The translations under genes and the position numbers were made by a program. From Planctomycetota bacterium (lineage in GTDB: Bacteria > Planctomycetota > B15-G4): a stretch of DNA of 64,000 bases. The DNA is taken from the NCBI GenBank assembly GCA_965248575.1, contig CBDFJQ010000002.1:3584001-3648000 (forward strand), written 5' to 3'. Below the pieces are notes generated by a model. The model ran no database searches. It was not told the DNA's origin and saw only the letters and a list, made by a program, of their open reading frames with translations. Of the stretch, positions 18,914 through 26,582 are shown in pieces. The number at the start of each line of letters is the position of its first letter. Within the stretch, counting starts at the first letter, position 1.

Positions 18914-21529
18914 ATGGCCAGTACACGCAACACCAAGTCGGCCCAGAAAGGCCGTTCCGGCGGCAAGTCCGCAGGGCGGTCGAAGGCGGGCCGAAACACC
19001 AAGAACGCAGGCAGTGGCCGATATTCGCGAGGCCTAGGGAGCAGCGACGAGTCCGACGGACTTTCGCCCCGATGGCGGGAGATCCTGTCCCTGCTTTTGC
19101 TGGGTGCGACGACTTTTCTGACCCTCTCCTGCCTCAGCTCCGGCCACGGCGACAATCTTTGTGGTCCCGCTGGGGAGGCCCTGGCGGGTTTCCTGCTGGG
19201 CTCTTTCGGCTACGCCTCCTGGTTGGTGGTGGCCTGCTTCGCGGTCTGGGGCTGCGTACTCTTCACCGCCAGCGAGGTCCCGCCCTTCAGCATCCGCGGG
19301 GCGGGCCTGATCCTCTGCATGGTGAGCCTGGCGGCGCTGCTGTCCCACCTCTTCGGCGACAGCAGTGGGCGCTATCCCGCGGGCGGGATCATCGGCGAGT
19401 ACATCAACGGCCAGCTCATTGAGGCCGGGGGCCTGGGGGTGGTGGGCACCCGCATCGTGCTGGTGGTGCTGACGCTGATCACCTTCGTGCTGGCGACGGA
19501 CATCGCCTACTACGCGGCCCTGGTGACCGGCGCCCAGTGGATGCGTGAGAAGGGTGCCGTCATGCAGGCGGCAGCCTCCGAGGCAGCCACGGCTCGCCGC
19601 AAAGCCAAGGAGCAGGCGGACGCGGAGAAGGAGAAGGCCGCCAGGTCCAAGCCCTCTGCACGCCCCGCTGTCGTTGAGCCCGACGGTGCTGACGACGAAG
19701 ACTGGGCCGACATCGAACACCTCGTGGTGCCTGAAGAAGAAGACGAGGAAGAGTACGAGGACGAAGAGGAGGACGAAGAGGAGGAGGCCCTCGAGTACGA
19801 AGACGAGGGTGAAGACGAGGAAGAGGAGTACGAGGACGAAGAGCCCGAAGAGGGCGAGGAATTGGAGTACGAGGAGGAAGAAGAGGAGGAAGAAGAGGAA
19901 GAGTCCACCGACGACGACATCGCTTCAGACGAATCCCTCGCCTCCGTCGCCGGCCCGCCCAAGGTGAAGGAGATGGGCGCAGGCAAGGCGGCCGCCGAGC
20001 TCAACCCCCAGGGCGACATCGTGGACGTGAAGGCAGCCAGCCCGGGCGCCTACGTCTTCCCGAAGCTGACCCTGCTGGACGAGGAGGAGGACGTCGATCA
20101 GAGCGCCTTGGACGCGCTGCTGGCCGAAAAGACCTCGGTGCTGGAAAGCACGCTGCTGTCCTTCAAGATCGAAGCGCGCGTGGTGGAGATCCAGAAGGGC
20201 CCCGTGATCTCCATGTTCGAGATGGAGTTGGCGCCGGGCATCAAGGTCGAGAAGGTGCGTTCGCTTGAGGACGATCTGGCCATTGCCCTGCGCGCCCGCT
20301 CGGTGCGCATCGTGGCGCCGATCCCCGGCAAGAACACCATTGGCATCGAGGTGCCGAACCCCATCCGTGCCACGGTGCGCCTGCGCCCCTTGCTCGAGTC
20401 CAAGGAGTACCTGGACAACAAGTTCGCCTTGCCCATCTTCTTGGGCCGGGATGCAGCGGGCAACGCCATGGTGGTGGACCTGGCCAAGATGCCGCACCTG
20501 CTCGTGGCCGGCGCCACGGGCTCCGGTAAGTCGGTCTGCCTCAACACCATCATCTCCTCCTTCCTGTTCACCCGCACGCCGGAGCAGGTGAAGCTGATCC
20601 TCATCGACCCCAAGATGGTGGAGATGAGCCAGTTCGCCAACGCCCCGCACCTCGCGTGCCCGGTGGTGAACGACATGAAGCGCGCGCCCGGCATCCTTGA
20701 GTGGGCTGTCACCAAGATGGAGGAGCGCTACCGCCTGCTGCACCGGGCGGGCGTGCGCAACATCTACGCCTACAACAAGCTGGGTGACGCGAAGCTGCGC
20801 AAGATCTTCGGCGAGGCCGTGGAGGAGCCGGACTTCCCGCGCTTCCTGCCCTTCATCGTGATCGTGGTGGACGAGCTGGCGGACCTGATGATGACGGCCG
20901 CCAAGGACGTCGAGACATCCATCACGCGCATCGCGGCCAAGAGTCGCGCCGTGGGTATCCATATCATCCTGGCGACCCAGCGGCCGTCGACCAATGTCAT
21001 CACCGGCTTGATCAAGGCCAACCTGCCCACGCGCATCGCCTTCATGGTGTCGAGCAAGATCGACTCGCGCGTGATCCTGGACGCCAACGGCGCCGAGCAG
21101 CTGCTGGGCCAGGGCGACATGCTCTTCATGCCGCCGCACACCAGCAACATCCTGCGCGGCCAATGCACCTTCATGAGCGATGAGGAAGTGGTCGCCATGA
21201 TGGACGAGGTGCGGGTGGAGTCGGGCCCGGCCTACGAGCGGGAGCTGGTGCAGTCCCGCAGCGACAGCGACCGCGACCCGACCGAGGTGGACGAGCTCTA
21301 CGACGCCGCCACGCGCTTCATGATCGAAACCAAGCGCGGCAGCGCCTCCTTGCTGCAGCGCAAGTTCGCCATCGGCTACACCCGCGCCAGCCGCCTCATC
21401 GACCTCATGGCCGAAGAGGGTGTGCTAGGCGAGTACAAGGGCAGCCAGGCCCGCGAGGTGCTCATGACGGTGGAGGACTGGATCGCCATGAACCCCGACG
21501 CACGCGGGGTGGAGGAGGAGCGGGTCTAG
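18914..21529 (+). CDS. ftsK: DNA translocase FtsK/SpoIIIE
   Basis: 4TM N-domain; MPHLLVAGATGSGKS, LIDPKMVE, VVDELADLMM, LATQRPS; gamma domain SASLLQRKFAIGYTRASRLID. Confidence 0.97.
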   Translation: MASTRNTKSAQKGRSGGKSAGRSKAGRNTKNAGSGRYSRGLGSSDESDGLSPRWREILSLLLLGATTFLTLSCLSSGHGDNLCGPAGEALAGFLLGSFGYASWLVVACFAVWGCVLFTASEVPPFSIRGAGLILCMVSLAALLSHLFGDSSGRYPAGGIIGEYINGQLIEAGGLGVVGTRIVLVVLTLITFVLATDIAYYAALVTGAQWMREKGAVMQAAASEAATARRKAKEQADAEKEKAARSKPSARPAVVEPDGADDEDWADIEHLVVPEEEDEEEYEDEEEDEEEEALEYEDEGEDEEEEYEDEEPEEGEELEYEEEEEEEEEEESTDDDIASDESLASVAGPPKVKEMGAGKAAAELNPQGDIVDVKAASPGAYVFPKLTLLDEEEDVDQSALDALLAEKTSVLESTLLSFKIEARVVEIQKGPVISMFEMELAPGIKVEKVRSLEDDLAIALRARSVRIVAPIPGKNTIGIEVPNPIRATVRLRPLLESKEYLDNKFALPIFLGRDAAGNAMVVDLAKMPHLLVAGATGSGKSVCLNTIISSFLFTRTPEQVKLILIDPKMVEMSQFANAPHLACPVVNDMKRAPGILEWAVTKMEERYRLLHRAGVRNIYAYNKLGDAKLRKIFGEAVEEPDFPRFLPFIVIVVDELADLMMTAAKDVETSITRIAAKSRAVGIHIILATQRPSTNVITGLIKANLPTRIAFMVSSKIDSRVILDANGAEQLLGQGDMLFMPPHTSNILRGQCTFMSDEEVVAMMDEVRVESGPAYERELVQSRSDSDRDPTEVDELYDAATRFMIETKRGSASLLQRKFAIGYTRASRLIDLMAEEGVLGEYKGSQAREVLMTVEDWIAMNPDARGVEEERV

Positions 21530-21542
21530 GAGGTCACTGCGG

Positions 21543-21671
21543 ATGAAGAGGATTGCCTACCTGGTCTTGTTGGCGAGCGTCTCGGGCTGTGCCGCGGTGC
21601 CCGTTGAAGGCAACGGCACTCGGGGCGCACTCGGTCCAGGGCGACAAGCCGGTGGTGCGTCTGATCGCGTA
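21543..21671 (+). pseudogene. Possible remnant of a lipoprotein gene at the island's left edge
   Basis: Strong RBS AGGAGGT, then MKRIAYLVLLASVSG|C lipobox. The rest of the 160-aa frame overlaps opposite-strand genes and does not look protein-like. Confidence 0.35.
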
Positions 21672-21695
21672 GAAGGAATCGCGCGCTGCGCCGAT

Positions 21696-21968
21696 TCAGC
21701 TTGTGTTGAATCTCAAGCGCTCCAAGACACCCGCGAGGAGAAACTCGGGCAAGCCCGGCACGACGTTCCAGCCGGCGCGCACTCGTGTTCCCCGGATCAG
21801 GGCGAGCTTTCCAGGTCGCAAACCGAGCTGGCGGTAGATCCGCTCGGAATCCGGGTGGGAAAGAGGGACGCGGCGCACACAACCCAAGGTGATGCCAACG
21901 ATCAGGCCGGAGAGGACTCGGCACTTCCTGCATGTCGACCGGTAATGCAGCGTCGTGCGATCTCCCAT
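21696..21968 (-). CDS. Small CxxC protein, DCC1/DUF393 thiol-disulfide oxidoreductase-like (90 aa)
   Basis: ATG 1 nt after the upstream gene's TGA (TGA-G-ATG); TLHYRSTCRKC...VRRVPLSHP pattern resembles DCC1-like YDxxCxxC. Confidence 0.5.
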   Translation of the reverse strand: MGDRTTLHYRSTCRKCRVLSGLIVGITLGCVRRVPLSHPDSERIYRQLGLRPGKLALIRGTRVRAGWNVVPGLPEFLLAGVLERLRFNTS

Positions 21969-21969
21969 C

Positions 21970-23055
21970 TCACGCTTCCCGTATGGCCGCAGCTTCGGGG
22001 ACACGCAGTTCGGTGCCTGGAGTGAGGTAGACATTCACGCGGTTTTCCCCCTGTGCGTCACAGCCGATGCCCAGGAAGGCCACTCGCTTGTCCTCAAGCC
22101 GCAAGCCAGAACCCCCCAGGTCCGCAAACATGCTTTCGACGGGGGTTGTGTCGAGATCAAATGCGGCCCCCAGGCGTTCCATGACGCGCGCAACGCCGAC
22201 CGAGTCTTCAAAGAGGCAATGCCCGCACAAGTCGAGCTTCAGGTCTAGGGGCTCGCCCGTTGCGGCGCCAGCCAAGGAAATCACCAAGGCATGCTGTGGC
22301 AGCTCCTCGAGACCACACTCCAGGGCATCCTCGATTCCCTGCAGGAGGCGCTCGCCGTGCGTGCCGAGGAGAGTTGGCGCCAGTGATCGCAGGGTGCTCC
22401 ATGGCTTTGTCGACGGTCGGAGATAGAGCTTGCACAGGCGAGGTTCGCTCGGAAGCGTGACGGCCAGGCCGGCCGGCTCGAAACTTGCTCCGAGTTCGCC
22501 CAGGATCGGTTGGATGTTGGCAGCAAAGCCGCCGGCCTCGAGGCCCCGGAGCGCCGCGATCAAGCGCAGCCAGCGTTCGGTGCCATTGCCCCAGCCGATG
22601 TTCGCGTAGAGGCGCAGTCGTGGTGGGCCGCCTGAGGCCGCCGCCAAGCCGATCCAGAGCCCCGTGTGGGACTCATCACCTGGCGTCAGGTCGGCCATCA
22701 GCTCGGCAAGGCCGCTGGAATCTTCCGCTCCAATCAGCGGGAGCACCTGTGCCAGACGCTGGGTTGTGAGCGCCGTCCGCACACTCAGAGGGCTTCCAGG
22801 TACTCCCACTTCGGTCAGGAAGCGCACCGGTGTCGTGCCAGAGCCCATCACAGCGCAGTATTGCCACGGGCTACCGTCCCGGCAGATGCCAGAGAAGGCT
22901 GGCTGGCCAGCTTGCGGAACGAAGCTCAGCGATTCCCGTGTGAGCAGGTGAAAGATGCGCCAGAACCGTTCGGCTTCGGACGACGTGATTCCCGCCCTGG
23001 CAGCCATACGCTCCAGGGCGGGAAGCACGTCCCTTCGAACGGACCGGTCGATCAT
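21970..23055 (-). CDS. Putative ABBA/DMATS-type aromatic prenyltransferase (PT-barrel) fold protein
   Basis: SGICRDGSPWQYC...PVRFLTE resembles DMATS S..xDGxPxExS...vR..xE; spaced barrel-strand motifs RLRLYA, CKLYLRP, LKLD, RVNVYLTP. Confidence 0.5.
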   Translation of the reverse strand: MIDRSVRRDVLPALERMAARAGITSSEAERFWRIFHLLTRESLSFVPQAGQPAFSGICRDGSPWQYCAVMGSGTTPVRFLTEVGVPGSPLSVRTALTTQRLAQVLPLIGAEDSSGLAELMADLTPGDESHTGLWIGLAAASGGPPRLRLYANIGWGNGTERWLRLIAALRGLEAGGFAANIQPILGELGASFEPAGLAVTLPSEPRLCKLYLRPSTKPWSTLRSLAPTLLGTHGERLLQGIEDALECGLEELPQHALVISLAGAATGEPLDLKLDLCGHCLFEDSVGVARVMERLGAAFDLDTTPVESMFADLGGSGLRLEDKRVAFLGIGCDAQGENRVNVYLTPGTELRVPEAAAIREA

Positions 23056-23086
23056 GTCCGACGAATCGATTTGAAAGCGGGTGCCA

Positions 23087-23737
23087 TCAGATCACGACGG
23101 AGCCGTCCGTGCCGCGTTGACCACCCGCACCGCTCGTGCCGTTCGCTCCGGCTGAGCCGGACGTCGCGCGCAGGCTGCTGTCACCGTGCTCGCCACCCTG
23201 ACCTCCCGAGCCGCCCGAGCCAGAGCTTCCCCCGAGGCCTCCGTCGCCTCCGAAGGCTCGAATCACAACGGAGGATGGCAGGTTGAAACCCGTCGCCGCC
23301 GAGACGGTGACATTGCCACCGTTCCCGCCATTGCCCGCGTTGCCGCCATTTCCTCCTGAGCCACCGGCTCCTCCTGCACCGCCGCTGGCTGCGGGTTCGC
23401 AGCCGCTGCCGCCTCCGCCTTCGCCTCCTTCACCACCCCCGCCACCGGTTCCGCCGTCACCGCCGTGTCCGCCGGCGCCGCCCGACGTGTCGATGACGAG
23501 CTGGTCCATGGTTTCTTCGACTACGAACGTGACAGCCGAGCCCGCGGAACCGGGGTTGCCGGACTGTCCATCGCTTCCATTACCGCCACCCAGTCCTGTG
23601 CCGCCATTGCCCGGGTCATCATCGCCGTCCCAATGACACACCGCGTGGGGCCCCTGATTGCCTTGGCCGCCCGCCGTTCCGTCCGTTCCACGTGTTCCGC
23701 TTGTGCCCGGGTCACCGAGCGCGCTGAAGTTCGTCAT
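23087..23737 (-). CDS. Glycine-rich GGx-repeat (PGRS/polyglycine-II-like) protein
   Basis: Long GxxGxx/GGxGGx tracts interrupted by short beta-strands (AVTFVV, LVIDTS, VTVS, VVIRAF, SVVI); start overlaps the upstream stop; GGAGA RBS. Confidence 0.75.
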   Translation of the reverse strand: MTNFSALGDPGTSGTRGTDGTAGGQGNQGPHAVCHWDGDDDPGNGGTGLGGGNGSDGQSGNPGSAGSAVTFVVEETMDQLVIDTSGGAGGHGGDGGTGGGGGEGGEGGGGSGCEPAASGGAGGAGGSGGNGGNAGNGGNGGNVTVSAATGFNLPSSVVIRAFGGDGGLGGSSGSGGSGGQGGEHGDSSLRATSGSAGANGTSGAGGQRGTDGSVVI

Positions 23738-24405
23738 TTGTTATCTCCGCGCAACCGTCGCGCCTCAATTTTGGCCGTGATGTCGAGAGCGTCGAGGGGC
23801 TGCGCAACGACCTCCATGTAATTGCCCCTGATGGACACGCAGTCAATCGTTGCGTCGCCTGTGACCTTCAGAGTGCCGCCGGTCCATATTCGGATGTGCC
23901 GAGCGAAGAGGACCTTGGTGCCCCCTCCGACTTCAAGGACGGCGCCGGGATAGATGTCGATGTCCTTCCTGAAGTACCAGCCGACGATCCACGAGCGATC
24001 CAGCAGCTTCATAAGGAGCGGCTCATAGGACTTCAGGGGGCGAGAGTCTCCGTGCACGAACTCGTGTGCGAGATCCTGCAAGTTCAGACGACTGCTCGGG
24101 TCCAGCTTTCGAAGGTCGGAGGATGACTCCAGACCCGGGATTTCCGCAGGAAGGCGGCACTTCCCGGAGCGGCGCGCGCCCAATTCATCTGGAACACCGA
24201 TCCAGCGTTTCACATCGTCCATCGACTTCGGCTCAAGACGAATCCGGCCTGGTCCCGGATCATCTCTTCCATCGGCGAAGAGGCGAATATGTTCCCCCTC
24301 CTCGACGACGAGTGCATCTCCCACGTCTTCGGATGCTTCCAAACCGTATCTCTTGAGACGGTCGGGAGCCTCCGGCTCGGAATCCGAGCAGTCTTTCTTC
24401 TTCAT
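23734..24405 (-). CDS. Hypothetical protein with C-terminal beta-solenoid-like segment
   Basis: ATG 24405 after GGGAGAAGG; C-terminus DIDIYPGAVLEV...HIRIWTGGTLKVTGDATIDCVSIRG. Confidence 0.7.
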   Translation of the reverse strand: MKKKDCSDSEPEAPDRLKRYGLEASEDVGDALVVEEGEHIRLFADGRDDPGPGRIRLEPKSMDDVKRWIGVPDELGARRSGKCRLPAEIPGLESSSDLRKLDPSSRLNLQDLAHEFVHGDSRPLKSYEPLLMKLLDRSWIVGWYFRKDIDIYPGAVLEVGGGTKVLFARHIRIWTGGTLKVTGDATIDCVSIRGNYMEVVAQPLDALDITAKIEARRLRGDNK

Positions 24406-24697
24406 GGCCTTCTCCCAATTGTGAAATCGCACACCTGATGCGGAAATGACCTCATGGCGTTCGCCATGCTCCACACCTATGCGTGAACTCCTCCCCAGGA
24501 GCTCACGACTCAAACCATCACGATTCTTCTTCCACCTCCCACGCCTCGCCGCGAACAGACAACGGACAGTGAGCGGGTTTCCTCTTGCGCGATTCATTAG
24601 AGGAGCCGACGGTGAGTGTGTCAAGGGGGCCTGGATTCCGACGCTGGGGACCATGTGCGGCGGAACGACTGTTCCTCAACAACGCCATGGACGCTGC

Positions 24698-25576
24698 ATG
24701 ATGACCAAGAGCTCAAGGAGCACCGTGCAAGAGGTCAGTCCGGACCGAATCGCGGTGATTACGTTCAACAAGGTTGGGCCCGAGAACCACACCTTCAAGT
24801 ACGAGCGACTTGGAAGACTGGCCATAAAAAACCGACATCGCTACTGCCAGTCTCACGGCTACGAATTCGTACACGATGTTCCCATCGCCAACGACCGACC
24901 GGCTTGCTGGGCAAAGATCCCCGCTATTCTCGCGGCCCTTGAGAAACACCGTTGGGTCCTCTGGGCCGACAGCGACACGCTCGTCATGAACGGTTCGCGC
25001 AAGCTCGAGAGCTTTCTGAATTCTGAGTACGATCTCATCGTTCAATCCCACGATGAGTTCTATCAGCACATTGGGCTGAGTGTGGAGGCCGGGCTGGCAC
25101 GGATGCCGATCAACACAGGTGTCTTCTTCGTTCAAGCGACAGAATGGTCAAAGTCGTTTCTACGTCGGGCGTATGAGCAGGAGCAGTTTGTCACGTCGCC
25201 CGCTCACTGGGATGGCATCGGTGAGCAGGAAGCGATGATTCATCTGCTCAAGAGCAGCCCAGAAGATCACCAGCGGATTGGTTATGTGCACGGTCTTCAG
25301 AACCACCCAAAGCTCTATCAAGCTGGTGACCTGTTTGTGCACTTCTACGGGAACCATGCTCGACATCGAATTCCTCTTGCTGAATGCGAACATGTGTTGG
25401 CCCAGTGGGAGGCTGCGGAGAAAGCAGGCTCCCCCTATCCTCCTGATCTTGCCCGGTTCCACTGGTGCTGCATTCAAAAGAAGACGCCGGATGGTCTTAA
25501 GCACCGAGGAGATCTTGAGCGTTTTCTATATCGTAGTGACGACATCGGACTGCCGCGCACCGAGGGTGCAACGTGA
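24698..25576 (+). CDS. Glycosyltransferase family 34 (GMA12/MNN10-like)
   Basis: NRHRYCQSHGYEF, WAKIPAI, WVLWADSDTLVMN (DxD), INTGVFFV, EQEAM, DLFVHFYG. Confidence 0.8.
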   Translation: MMTKSSRSTVQEVSPDRIAVITFNKVGPENHTFKYERLGRLAIKNRHRYCQSHGYEFVHDVPIANDRPACWAKIPAILAALEKHRWVLWADSDTLVMNGSRKLESFLNSEYDLIVQSHDEFYQHIGLSVEAGLARMPINTGVFFVQATEWSKSFLRRAYEQEQFVTSPAHWDGIGEQEAMIHLLKSSPEDHQRIGYVHGLQNHPKLYQAGDLFVHFYGNHARHRIPLAECEHVLAQWEAAEKAGSPYPPDLARFHWCCIQKKTPDGLKHRGDLERFLYRSDDIGLPRTEGAT

Positions 25577-26307
25577 GCAAGCTGCCCCGGGTCGATGCGT
25601 ACCTTCAAACGCAGGGCGTTCGTTCGATTTATAATGCGGCATATGCTGACGAGTATCCTGCTCTCTACCTCCACCCGTGGTCAGCCAAGCACGAGCTCAA
25701 TCTCACGAACATCCAGAAGCTCGTTGAGGAACTTGGTCCAGCTGACAACCAGCGATGGCTGGATATCGCATGTGGCCAGGGTTGGCAGCTGGCGCACGGA
25801 CCTCACGGTATCCAAAAAACAGGTCTGGACATCAGCTCGGCTCAGCTGCATCACGCTCGGATTGCGAATCCAATGGCGAGCTTCGTCTGCGGGGATATGT
25901 CACGACGTGTCTTTCGCGCCCACTCATTTAACCTAGTTACGAGTTTTTGGGGGGCATATTGTTATTTAAAGACTCGCACGGGCATCCGGTCCTTCCTTCG
26001 GCACGCCGTTGGGTACACAAAGCCAGGCGGTGCGCTGTATTTGGAGGTCCTGCTTGCTGAGGATCTTGAGTCGTTCAACCATTCAAAGTATGCCGGGAAG
26101 ACGGGGTTTTCGGTAAGCCCGCTCAGCCCTGACTATTCCCGGTGGTCGTATCGGGACTGCGGCGGAGAGCATCTCATGATGAGCCCGCCGCTTGAGTTTT
26201 TCCGGGATATCCTCTCGGCTTCCTTTGATCATGTTGAGGCGGAGCACGACGGCCGCTTTATGATTCATGTCACGGCACAGGGGCGAATCGGACGAACCGA
26301 ACGGTGA
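25573..26307 (+). CDS. Class I SAM-dependent methyltransferase
   Basis: WLDIACGQG (motif I), GLDIS, VCGDM, KPGG; GTGA overlap with the GT34 stop. Confidence 0.85.
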   Translation: MSKLPRVDAYLQTQGVRSIYNAAYADEYPALYLHPWSAKHELNLTNIQKLVEELGPADNQRWLDIACGQGWQLAHGPHGIQKTGLDISSAQLHHARIANPMASFVCGDMSRRVFRAHSFNLVTSFWGAYCYLKTRTGIRSFLRHAVGYTKPGGALYLEVLLAEDLESFNHSKYAGKTGFSVSPLSPDYSRWSYRDCGGEHLMMSPPLEFFRDILSASFDHVEAEHDGRFMIHVTAQGRIGRTER

Positions 26308-26582
26308 CGGAAGTTCGTGCTACGCCAGCTCGCCGAGAAGCACGGTAGCGTCTGACGGGATGATTCTCTCCGTTGCCTCGGTACCCGGGTGCTCCGTCGC
26401 GAGCCGGGTGTTGACGTCTCCCCCTCTGCATGGGACGGCGCCTCCCGCAGTCCGAGTGCGAGTGAAGGGCGCTCTCGACGTTGCTCACGCTGCGGGAACG
26501 GCGAGTCGAGAGGCCTAACGAGTGGATGCCGCAGCCGACGGCGCGCTAGAATCGCCGCGCTCCCACGCACCCCGGCGGTTTC

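Noticed and set aside
21543..22025. Full 160-aa + strand ORF as an intact lipoprotein
   Set aside because: Beyond ~40 aa it overlaps two better-supported minus-strand genes; only the 5' part looks genuine.
26305..26355. In-frame continuation after the methyltransferase TGA (possible selenocysteine readthrough)
   Set aside because: Only 15 codons, no SECIS-like hairpin, and the domain is already complete.
21530..26580. Island as a defined mobile element (IS, prophage, ICE)
   Set aside because: No integrase, transposase, tRNA target or terminal repeats seen.
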